From contig CAYRNA010000001.1 in NCBI GenBank assembly GCA_964425555.1, forward strand, positions 21,936-85,935: a stretch of 64,000 nucleotides of DNA, read 5' to 3'. Position 1 is the first letter of the stretch. Every line of letters begins with the position of its first letter. This DNA comes from an uncultured Spirochaetales bacterium (GTDB lineage Bacteria > Spirochaetota > Spirochaetia > SP-2023 > CAYRNA01). Shown in pieces: positions 38,254-46,849 of the stretch. The translations under genes were made by a program, and so were the position numbers. The notes beneath the pieces were generated by a model. That model was not told the origin of the DNA, did not search any database, and saw only the letters and a list, made by a program, of their open reading frames with translations.

Positions 38254-39250
38254 TCCCATTGAAATGCGCGAAAAAATCTTAGAAGTCAGAGAATTAAAAA
38301 AATATTTTTACAATGCAAAACGCAAAAAATCCATTCGTGCCGTCGAAGACATTGGTTTTGATTTATACAAAAACGAAACATTGGGTATAGTAGGGGAATC
38401 GGGCTGCGGAAAATCAACTATGATTCGCTTGATCAATCATTTGCACACGCCAACTTCGGGTTCCGTTATTTTTCAAGGAACCGATTTGACAAAATTGAGC
38501 AAAAATGAATTAATTGCTCGCAGAAAAGATATGCAGATGGTCTTTCAGGATCCTTATGGATCGTTAAATCCTTCTATGACGATTAATGAAATTTTGGCTG
38601 AGCCACTGCAAATTTATAGCAAGCTGAAAATACTAAATCTGAGCCCGTCTGAGATTAATGAAAAAATTGATGTGATGCTAGAAAAAGTTGGCCTCATTCA
38701 ATCTATGAAAAATCGCTATCCGCATGAATTTTCAGGGGGGCAAAAACAGCGCATCGCTATTGCAAGAGCGTTGATTCTCGATCCCAAATTGGTGCTTTTA
38801 GATGAGCCTGTCAGCGCACTCGATGTTTCTATTCAGGCGCAAATATTAAACTTACTCGTTAAATTGCAAGAAGAATCAGACTTAACCTATCTCTTTATTG
38901 CCCACGATTTATCCGTTGTGGAATACATTAGTGACAGGGTTATTGTCATGTATTTGGGAAATATTGTAGAGATAGCGGACGCAACTACTCTGTATAAATC
39001 TCCACAACATCCTTATACAAAAGCCTTGCTCTCATCCATTCCCATTGCCAACCCCAAGCTAGAAAGATCACGAAAACGTGAAATATTATCGGGCGAGCTT
39101 CCTTCGCCTTATGCCGAAATACAGGGTTGCCCGTTTTACAATAGATGCCCTGTTAAAATGGATATTTGTCAAACAAAAAAACCGGTGTTGAAAACAGTGG
39201 AAGGTGAGCATCAAACGGCTTGTTTTAGAGTGCATCCTCTAGACACATAG
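38246..39250 (+). CDS. oppF: Oligopeptide ABC transporter ATP-binding protein OppF
   Basis: Walker A GESGCGKST, signature FSGGQKQR, and Walker B VLLDEPVSALD. It overlaps the oppD stop by 8 nt. Confidence 0.9.
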   Translation: MTDPIEMREKILEVRELKKYFYNAKRKKSIRAVEDIGFDLYKNETLGIVGESGCGKSTMIRLINHLHTPTSGSVIFQGTDLTKLSKNELIARRKDMQMVFQDPYGSLNPSMTINEILAEPLQIYSKLKILNLSPSEINEKIDVMLEKVGLIQSMKNRYPHEFSGGQKQRIAIARALILDPKLVLLDEPVSALDVSIQAQILNLLVKLQEESDLTYLFIAHDLSVVEYISDRVIVMYLGNIVEIADATTLYKSPQHPYTKALLSSIPIANPKLERSRKREILSGELPSPYAEIQGCPFYNRCPVKMDICQTKKPVLKTVEGEHQTACFRVHPLDT

Positions 39251-39370
39251 CAATATCTTTGACAAATTTTTATGCTCTAAAAGATAAAAACTTGACAGAG
39301 TATTCCAATAATACTATTCTTTTATGAGTAGCTCCATCCATTCGTCCCAATACAAGCGAGAAATTTGTAC

Positions 39371-40906
39371 ATGAGTAAAGATAAAAAAAACCTTCAGATT
39401 AACAGACATCCCGAAAGTAAGCCTCAAAGACATAAACGCTCTTTTGCAACTACTCTTGGCTTATTTATCATTTTGGGGATAGTTGTTGTCGCTTTTATTA
39501 TCGTGCCCGTTTCAGGCATTGGTTTCAGTCTAACGAGTGCCCAATCGCCATCCTTTGCAAAATATGAAGGTGAAAATATTGAGTTCAATCCCAATGGTCG
39601 AATCGCACAAGTTGCACAACAATATTCTCGTTTTATCCAAGACCCTAAACGCTTGCTCGAGTTGAGCTTTAATACCGTGTTATATGAAACATTTGTTGCG
39701 CACCGCTTAGATGATCTAAAATACATCGTGTCTAGTCAAAAAATGGATGAACTGATTTTGGATAATGCCCAACTCAAAGATGAAAGTGGCAATTTCGATT
39801 TGGAGCTGTATCGCGGTCTGTCTGTTGGTATGAAAACGCAGTTGAGAGATAATATCAAAACAGAACGCGCCACCATGCAATATAACAACGATTTGGAAAA
39901 AGGCGTTTTCCGCTCAACGGCCCTTAACGACGCTATCGCAAGCACTGCAAATACAAGTCGCACCTACAGCTATCTTACGGCTAGCACAAAAGATTATCCG
40001 CAGGATAAAATTATTGCTTATTTGGATGAACACAAAGATCTTTTTAAAAAAGTAGAACTAGAAAGACTCACTTTAAACTCAGATTCGAGCGTCACGCCAG
40101 AAGAACTGATTGAAGAATTCAAAAGTGGTACACGAGAATTTGATGCTTTTGCCAAAGAAGCTTCGGTAGATTTTTGGGCAACTTCTGGCGGTTATGTCGG
40201 TGAAATATTTGCTTATCAAATTGGTGATAGAATGTCTTTAAGTGAAGAAGATACGAAAAAATTATTAGGATCAGATGAGTATATCGTTGTCGAAAATACA
40301 GATAAAGATACCATCATTTTCCATCAAATGAATGCTGTTATTGAACCTAATGCTGATGATAGCGACCTTATTTCGCAAGTGCGCAATTACATCAAGACAA
40401 ATGATCTTGATCTCATCGAAGATTATTATGTCGGTGAAAATGGTCTCTTCACCTTAGCCAAATCTCAACTCACAGAAGGGAAGAGCTTCGCTGATATTAC
40501 GGCAAATTTAGAGCTCGAAAGCAACGAGCTTCAGCCTTTCGCCCTTAACTATGGCAATAGCCCCGTATATAATCAAAATTTAAACACAGTGTGGCCAGAA
40601 GATGCAGAAACAGGTTTGAGCAATGGCTTTGAAACCAATGAAGAATTATTAGAGCCGCTCATAGCGTTGACGTCCGTATCTGATTTTAGTGATGTGATCA
40701 CTATCAGTGAAAATAATGAACAGTATTTTGTGATTTTCCAATTGCAAAATGAAGAGCCCACCGAGCAACCTTTGGCAGAAGGCATAGATTCAAGTCTGCA
40801 AAATGCTTATACCAGTGCAATCAAAAATACTGTAGAAAACAGTAAAAGCTTTAAAAATACCTTTGAAAAGGGATATGATACTTGGTTGAGTCGGGTATCT
40901 TCCTAG
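39371..40906 (+). CDS. Membrane-anchored periplasmic chaperone-like protein (PpiD/SurA-N-like architecture)
   Basis: A single N-terminal TM helix (LGLFIILGIVVVAFIIVPV) is followed by segments colinear with remembered PpiD. FAKYEGENIEF corresponds to AAKVNGQEISRGQF, SSQKMDELILDN...GNFDLELYRGL to ISDEQVKQAI...GKFDNSRYNGIL, and FDAFAKEASVD...SGGYVGEIF to FAALAKEKSAD...NGGDMGWL. The track start TTG at 39365 is trimmed to ATG 39371. Confidence 0.5.
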   Translation: MSKDKKNLQINRHPESKPQRHKRSFATTLGLFIILGIVVVAFIIVPVSGIGFSLTSAQSPSFAKYEGENIEFNPNGRIAQVAQQYSRFIQDPKRLLELSFNTVLYETFVAHRLDDLKYIVSSQKMDELILDNAQLKDESGNFDLELYRGLSVGMKTQLRDNIKTERATMQYNNDLEKGVFRSTALNDAIASTANTSRTYSYLTASTKDYPQDKIIAYLDEHKDLFKKVELERLTLNSDSSVTPEELIEEFKSGTREFDAFAKEASVDFWATSGGYVGEIFAYQIGDRMSLSEEDTKKLLGSDEYIVVENTDKDTIIFHQMNAVIEPNADDSDLISQVRNYIKTNDLDLIEDYYVGENGLFTLAKSQLTEGKSFADITANLELESNELQPFALNYGNSPVYNQNLNTVWPEDAETGLSNGFETNEELLEPLIALTSVSDFSDVITISENNEQYFVIFQLQNEEPTEQPLAEGIDSSLQNAYTSAIKNTVENSKSFKNTFEKGYDTWLSRVSS

Positions 40907-40912
40907 CAAAAA

Positions 40913-42535
40913 ATGTCGCATTTATCGCCCTCTGACTTAGAGGTTATTCAAACAAATGAATGCGACACGCTTAAATATGGGGGGCAGTATTTATATTCGC
41001 GCTATCAACCTTTAGCGAGGTGCGAACAATTTATTGCACAAACTCCCCATAAAGCACAAACACTCTATGTTTTCTTTTCTCCATTGTTGGGTTATGGTCT
41101 ACAGCCTTTATTAAAACACGCCATAGATAATGATTCTTTTATTTTAGGAATAGAAGTGGATCAGCGTCTTATGAAGTTGACGCAAGAAGCCAATAGCAAC
41201 AATGACAACGCCTTTTCGCATGAACGCATACAGTTATTGCGTTTAGATAGTGACGAGCAATTACAGTATGTTTTAGGACAATACAATTTATCACAATTTT
41301 CTTGTGTACAAATGATAAATTGCAATGGTGGTTATACCTGTAACAAAAAATTATACGATTCTTTTTTGAACACCATCAAGCAAATATGGCAAGAAGAAAA
41401 ACAAAATAAAGAAACGCTCTGCTACCATGCAAATCACTGGTTTTCGCATTCTATTCGCCACCGACATTATTTAACACAGGATGTTATTTTTAATAGAAGT
41501 CAGCAACCCTTGGTCTTGATTGGTGCAGGTACATCGTTAGAATACGACCTTGATTTCATCTATCACAATCAACAAAAGTTACTGATTTTTTGTGTTGATA
41601 CGACTGTTCCCATACTCATTCGCAACAATATTAAGATAGATTTTGTACTGAATTTGGAAGCACAGTTTTACAATTTATATGACTTCTATCTTCCCTTTAA
41701 AAATGAAGTCACGATGTTTTGCGACCTGACAACACATCCCACTTCCTTGCGTTTAAACAATACTAAAATAGTGAGCTTTGCCACTTTATTTGGCGAAAAT
41801 CAATTGCATAAAACATGGGATCAACTGGGTTTACTCAAAGATAAAGAACTGCATCCCTACGGTTCTGTGAGCCTTATGGCCTTGGAAATTGCTCAGCGAC
41901 TCACTGCGTCAACGATATTTATTTCGGGTGTGGATTTTTATTATCCGTTGGGAAAATCTCATTGTCGTGGAAGCATGTTTCATGATTATCATCTCAGGCA
42001 TCAAAATCGTCTTGACCCTCAGCCTTTGCTCAAATATGATCAAACCTTGGCGTTGAGCGACCCGCTGTACTATACCTCGCAATTGATGCTCAATTATAAA
42101 AAGCAGTTTGCTGAGCAACTCAAAAAATTAGAACAACCCTATTATGAGTGGCAAAAACCTATTTCCCTGCTAGGTATTAGTTCTGTTTCACATGCTCAGA
42201 CGGCAGATTTTCTCGAGGGTGTAACTCAAAAAGAAAGTGAGAACATTGTTCGTGTTCAAGAAAATCCCCATAAAAAAAGTATTCTAGCGCAATGGGAAAA
42301 GGATGAAATCTTACTCTTAGAACACCTTCTTTTTGCTATAAATCAACAAGATTTGACTGAAGATAATATCAATGAACTATGGCAAAGAGATTGGCTTTAC
42401 ATGGATTATTCCCATTCTGGCCTATTTTCAAATATAAAATTGTCAAAATTTAACGCAGAAATCGGTGATAATGAGCATTTTAGAAATTTTCTAAAGGCAA
42501 AAATATCGTCTTTTTTACAGCTCTTTTATCTCTAA
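40913..42535 (+). CDS. Motility accessory factor-like protein (Maf, DUF115 family), third copy
   Basis: 540 aa. The core PLVLIGAGTSLEYDLDFIYHNQQKLLIFCVDTTVPILIRNNIKIDFVLNLEAQF parallels the GPSL...D...PD..vS.D core of the two copies at 8876-12119. Confidence 0.65.
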   Translation: MSHLSPSDLEVIQTNECDTLKYGGQYLYSRYQPLARCEQFIAQTPHKAQTLYVFFSPLLGYGLQPLLKHAIDNDSFILGIEVDQRLMKLTQEANSNNDNAFSHERIQLLRLDSDEQLQYVLGQYNLSQFSCVQMINCNGGYTCNKKLYDSFLNTIKQIWQEEKQNKETLCYHANHWFSHSIRHRHYLTQDVIFNRSQQPLVLIGAGTSLEYDLDFIYHNQQKLLIFCVDTTVPILIRNNIKIDFVLNLEAQFYNLYDFYLPFKNEVTMFCDLTTHPTSLRLNNTKIVSFATLFGENQLHKTWDQLGLLKDKELHPYGSVSLMALEIAQRLTASTIFISGVDFYYPLGKSHCRGSMFHDYHLRHQNRLDPQPLLKYDQTLALSDPLYYTSQLMLNYKKQFAEQLKKLEQPYYEWQKPISLLGISSVSHAQTADFLEGVTQKESENIVRVQENPHKKSILAQWEKDEILLLEHLLFAINQQDLTEDNINELWQRDWLYMDYSHSGLFSNIKLSKFNAEIGDNEHFRNFLKAKISSFLQLFYL

Positions 42536-42584
42536 ATTTTGCATAGGCTCAATTGAGAAACGATTGAACTCAAAACCTAGTATT

Positions 42585-43343
42585 CTAAGGCATTTGATAA
42601 AAATGTAGTTCATCCGCAGTGCTCTCTTTTTCCATATAACGATAACCCGCCCTGTCAAATTTTTTGATTTCATCCACCGTTTCAATCGCATGAGTGACGC
42701 AATAGCTTGCCATCATTCCTCTCGCTTGCTTCGCCAGAGTAGAAATGGAAACGTACTTTTCATTGCGTAATTGCTTAAAAACTGGTACAACACTTTTGAT
42801 AGAATCTTGCTTGCTGTCCAATATGCGGTAATATTCGTTGCTGGCGAGATTGAGGCAGAAGCTCTGCTTTTCGTTCAATTTTTGAGCGAGATAAGCGGTT
42901 AATTCGTTGCGCCAAAAAGCATACAAGGATTGATTATGCGGAAGATGAGCTTTATCCGTCATCTCTAATCGGTGAGGCTGTATCGCATCCAAGGGTCGCA
43001 AAAGTCCGTATAATGCACTGAAAATCAGCAGATTCTCTTGGGCATAGACCAATTCTTCAGCTGTCCATTTTTCACTTGCGAGGTATTTGAATGCTTCGCC
43101 TTTATAAAGAGAAATGGCGCTGTAGGGTGGATTGGCACTTTCCCATTTTTGATAGCGCTGATAATTAATATTAGCCAACTTTTCATTGATGCTGAGGTTT
43201 TGCATCAAATCGCTCACATCAAAGGTTTGTAGCTGCTGTAAAAGTATGAACATCTTGTCCATAAAAAATGGCACGCTACTACTCGCATGGCAAGGGGGCA
43301 ATGTTTCGTCGAATGTTTTGGCTGGGGATAATAGAATGATAAT
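42585..43343 (-). CDS. yaaA: YaaA-family (UPF0246) peroxide-stress protein; 5' end extended beyond the track ORF to a probable non-canonical start
   Basis: FSALYGLLRPLDAIQPHRLEM, LNLASNEYY and TLAKQARGMMASY match YaaA. The track start (ATG 43301) omits the conserved N-terminal ISPAKT block. That block is encoded in frame upstream (IIILLSPAKTFDETL) and bounded by TAG at 43353-43355. See findings. Confidence 0.75.
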   Translation of the reverse strand: MIILLSPAKTFDETLPPCHASSSVPFFMDKMFILLQQLQTFDVSDLMQNLSINEKLANINYQRYQKWESANPPYSAISLYKGEAFKYLASEKWTAEELVYAQENLLIFSALYGLLRPLDAIQPHRLEMTDKAHLPHNQSLYAFWRNELTAYLAQKLNEKQSFCLNLASNEYYRILDSKQDSIKSVVPVFKQLRNEKYVSISTLAKQARGMMASYCVTHAIETVDEIKKFDRAGYRYMEKESTADELHFYQMP

Positions 43344-43430
43344 AAGCAGCTCCTATTGATGATAGTAAGAATATACGCATTGTACAAAAAAATCTCAACC
43401 CAATTAATTTTATTTATAAATATATATTCT

Positions 43431-43459
43431 TTGACTTTCACTTACTTTTAATATAGTAT
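43431..43459 (+). promoter_or_regulatory. Candidate recD promoter (TTGACT-15 nt-TATAGT, or -17 nt-TAGTAT) placed immediately before the start codon
   Basis: TTGACT at 43431-43436, TATAGT at 43452-43457 or TAGTAT at 43454-43459, and ATG at 43467. No SD is visible in between. Confidence 0.35.
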
Positions 43460-43466
43460 ATTATAG

Positions 43467-45341
43467 ATGAACTATGTACGAGAAGAGCGATTAGCTCATT
43501 GTGTTAGTATTTTTTCTCTTTCTTGGCATTATTATTATTGGTTTTTATACCATATGAGAGAGGGTGCTTTGCGCTGTCAAACATTGCAAGAAGAGAGCTT
43601 TATTATATTACTTTGTCTCGATCATCAAGATGGCTCATTGTTGACGCCGTTTTCGCAACAACACCTTGATAATAGGCAAGAAGTCATGCGAAAAATGATA
43701 CTTATACAGGATAAAGCAGAATACGAAAATCTTCATGATGAAAATGAAGATGCAACATCACAAGAAGTTTATGCGTCCTATTTTGGAAAGTGGGATCTAT
43801 CCACATTTGAGCTGTGGGCAAAAGACAACAAAGCTATTTTAACCAATGAGCGTGGCGCTTTTTTAGGTCAGTCTTCTCGTCTTGAAAAAAGTATTTTTGC
43901 AAATCTGGAAACCTATCTTACTACATTTCATAGTCCTTGGACAGATGATTTTGAGGAAAGGCTCACAAGCATTTCTCTCCAGCAAAAAGCAAGTCATCAA
44001 TTATGGCAAGACGAACTGCATTCTGTCATTTTCAAAAAACTGATTTGCTCTAATTTTCTTATTATCGCAGGTGGACCAGGCACGGGTAAAACCACCTTGT
44101 TAGGCGAAATGTTGCTCGCACTCACATCTTTTTACGGTTACACCCCGCAACTAAAATTGGTGGCACCAACGGGTAGGGCCGCAACGCGTATGAAGGAAAG
44201 TCTCGCTCAATACGATGAGAGCCTTCAACACCTCAAGAGCCAAACCATACATTCTTTTTTGAAATTGGATGAGTTTGGCAATACTCGCTACAGCAAGAAA
44301 AATCCCATTCGCACCGATATTGTCATTGTCGATGAAGCATCTATGCTCGATGCGTTTGTCTTTAATGCACTTTTACAGGCCATACTGCCTTCGACCAAAT
44401 TGGTTCTTTTAGGCGATGCCAATCAACTACCTTCTGTCAATAGAGGCGCCATTTTTGCTGACCTCACGACGCACAGAGGCCACCCCGATTTCCGCTTGAG
44501 AGAACATTTTTTCTGGCTCGATAAAACCTATAGGTTCTCCGACGAATTATCCGTATTGACACAAGCCCTCTTAGCCGAGCAAGGCAATTTCAAACAAAAA
44601 GTCATAGAGCTCAATGCCAGTTCAACTCATTTTACGTGGCAAAATCTGAGCGAAAACAATGGCGTAACCTACCATTATTTAATCGATCTATGGCGACAAA
44701 AAGAGCAAGAACTCAGCCTGAATTTCCAAGATCTGCTAGACTACGTGAGCGATCAGCAGTACGGACAAACAAGAGAGAACTGTGATATTTCTCCTTTCTT
44801 TGACTTACTCAAAACCTTGTGCATTTTGACTCCTAAAAAAGTCGGCCTTCTGGGGAGCACTTACTTGAATACGCTTTTAGCCAAAAACTTGGTCAGCGCT
44901 CGTAGCGTTGTACCTATTATGAATGCAACAAATCAACCGCATTTATCCATTTACAACGGTGATTTGGGTTGGCGAGTGGCATTGTCCCACAAATATTATT
45001 TTGTCTTTCAGTTGAATAATGACTATGTCATTTATTCCGAAGCAGAGTTACAGCACTATGATTTTGCTTACGCCAAAACAATACACAAAAGCCAAGGCTC
45101 AGAATACGAACACGTGGTTTTGCTGTTGCCAGAAGACCAACGATTTCTATCGAAAGAACTGGTTTACACGGGCATCACACGTATGAAAAAACAGTTAACT
45201 ATTTTGGGTGACAAGAGCATTCTTGACCAGCCCATAGAAACGAAATCTATGCGATATTCAAACATCGCGCAGTGGACGATTGAAAAAGATATTGTTCATA
45301 ACGAAATAAAAGGTAGAATAAATGAAAGGGAAAATTATTAG
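43467..45341 (+). CDS. recD: Exodeoxyribonuclease V alpha subunit RecD (SF1 helicase)
   Basis: 624 aa. Walker A IAGGPGTGKTT, APTGRAA, Walker B VIVDEASMLD, LLGDANQLPSV, the C-terminal AKTIHKSQGSEYEHVVLLLP, and YTGITRMKKQLTILG. Confidence 0.85.
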   Translation: MNYVREERLAHCVSIFSLSWHYYYWFLYHMREGALRCQTLQEESFIILLCLDHQDGSLLTPFSQQHLDNRQEVMRKMILIQDKAEYENLHDENEDATSQEVYASYFGKWDLSTFELWAKDNKAILTNERGAFLGQSSRLEKSIFANLETYLTTFHSPWTDDFEERLTSISLQQKASHQLWQDELHSVIFKKLICSNFLIIAGGPGTGKTTLLGEMLLALTSFYGYTPQLKLVAPTGRAATRMKESLAQYDESLQHLKSQTIHSFLKLDEFGNTRYSKKNPIRTDIVIVDEASMLDAFVFNALLQAILPSTKLVLLGDANQLPSVNRGAIFADLTTHRGHPDFRLREHFFWLDKTYRFSDELSVLTQALLAEQGNFKQKVIELNASSTHFTWQNLSENNGVTYHYLIDLWRQKEQELSLNFQDLLDYVSDQQYGQTRENCDISPFFDLLKTLCILTPKKVGLLGSTYLNTLLAKNLVSARSVVPIMNATNQPHLSIYNGDLGWRVALSHKYYFVFQLNNDYVIYSEAELQHYDFAYAKTIHKSQGSEYEHVVLLLPEDQRFLSKELVYTGITRMKKQLTILGDKSILDQPIETKSMRYSNIAQWTIEKDIVHNEIKGRINERENY

Positions 45342-46756
45342 TGGAATTATATATAAAAGATAAAGAACTCTTCTTAAAAACAGACATTGAACCGAGCAAG
45401 TTTAAATTTGTTAACGTTGCTGAAGTCTTGGCGGAAAATGGTTTTTATGCCGACCAATATAATGCTTCTCAATGGCATTTTCAAGACGTGTCAGAAGAAA
45501 ATAATATTTTTTGCATGAGGGCAAAATTGCCTTTCTTAACATCCGAATCGAAAGTTCAAACCTTGCGAGAAGCACTTCATGAAGATCAAACACGACTGAT
45601 ACAATTACGTCACTATCTCAGTGAAATTAATGAAAGAAACTTGTTAGATAATTATTTATCACCGGCACGTTGCTTTTATATTGATGACGTTTTTGTGTTT
45701 TTACCCGAAAGCATTCTAAAAATCTCTGAATCATCCTTGGGACTTGAGTATCAAAACGAGAACGTAGTGGGCTATCAACCACGACAAAACGTCAACCTCT
45801 TTCAACGAATTTCATTTTTTTATATTAGCATGGTTTACGAAACAATCATGCAACAACCGCTCTTTTATGATAAAACTTATGACTTGAGCGCTCAGCGTGT
45901 TTTAAAGCAGTGGTTTGTTCCTCTGCCGCCGTGGATGGAAGAATATTTCCAAAATGATATCAAGGGTACCTTTACGAAAATGTTCAATGGAGATGCGCTG
46001 GTCAGCTCTCTTTCTTATCAAAAAGCATGGACAAAATTTGATTTATGGATCAAAGAACATAATTTTCAAAATGATAAAATCCAAGAATACTACACTCAAA
46101 ACAAAGTGATTTTAGACAAGAAAATTGCAAAAACACGGCATTTCAATCATTTCCGTTTGCATTACATTGTTGGAATTTCTCTCTTTCTTTTTATAGCTAT
46201 TAACACTTTTAACATCATCAAAAAAGCCTATACGCCAACAGAAATGAGCAATTTAAGTAGTGCAGAAATCGTTGCTCTTTATTATAAAAGCATCAACGAC
46301 CTAGACGAGCCAACCTTGAGTGAGTTAATTGCACGCGGCGGCCCCAAAATGGATTCTTCTGTTGTCACACAGCTTTATGTCATTGATAAAGTGAGACAGG
46401 GATATGAAGGTAAAAGGGATAATTATATTACTCCTGCGCATTGGATAGAAATGGGCAGCCTGCCTTTAGAAGAGGGTACTCAGGTCTGGGGGCTTACCAA
46501 TTTGATGATGCACGATAGCACTAAAGCAGATATCGAGCATAGCATGGATACTCATAACTGTATCTTTATTGTAGATTATTACCGCTGGTATACCGAAGTT
46601 GCCGTGAGAGGTGAAAAGGTTGTTACCACTATCTATAAGGTAAAATTGCATGATAGAGTTCTTTTAGATTATCTTGAAAGACAAGAAACTTGGCTCATCT
46701 CTCAAATTTTTCGTACCGAATATCCTTTAGAAGAGGTCAGAGTCTTTACAAAATAA
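45341..46756 (+). CDS. Hypothetical single-pass membrane protein
   Basis: 471 aa. The GTG start shares 1 nt with the recD stop (TAGTG). The central TM helix is YIVGISLFLFIAINTFNII. I recognise no family on either side. Confidence 0.45.
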   Translation: MELYIKDKELFLKTDIEPSKFKFVNVAEVLAENGFYADQYNASQWHFQDVSEENNIFCMRAKLPFLTSESKVQTLREALHEDQTRLIQLRHYLSEINERNLLDNYLSPARCFYIDDVFVFLPESILKISESSLGLEYQNENVVGYQPRQNVNLFQRISFFYISMVYETIMQQPLFYDKTYDLSAQRVLKQWFVPLPPWMEEYFQNDIKGTFTKMFNGDALVSSLSYQKAWTKFDLWIKEHNFQNDKIQEYYTQNKVILDKKIAKTRHFNHFRLHYIVGISLFLFIAINTFNIIKKAYTPTEMSNLSSAEIVALYYKSINDLDEPTLSELIARGGPKMDSSVVTQLYVIDKVRQGYEGKRDNYITPAHWIEMGSLPLEEGTQVWGLTNLMMHDSTKADIEHSMDTHNCIFIVDYYRWYTEVAVRGEKVVTTIYKVKLHDRVLLDYLERQETWLISQIFRTEYPLEEVRVFTK

Positions 46757-46849
46757 ACACTTAAAAAATAAAATATTAAAATTAATAGACTCTCAATCCA
46801 TTTTCGTTTACCATCAATATCAAAGCACTTTTTAGTTTTGGGGAGGCTT

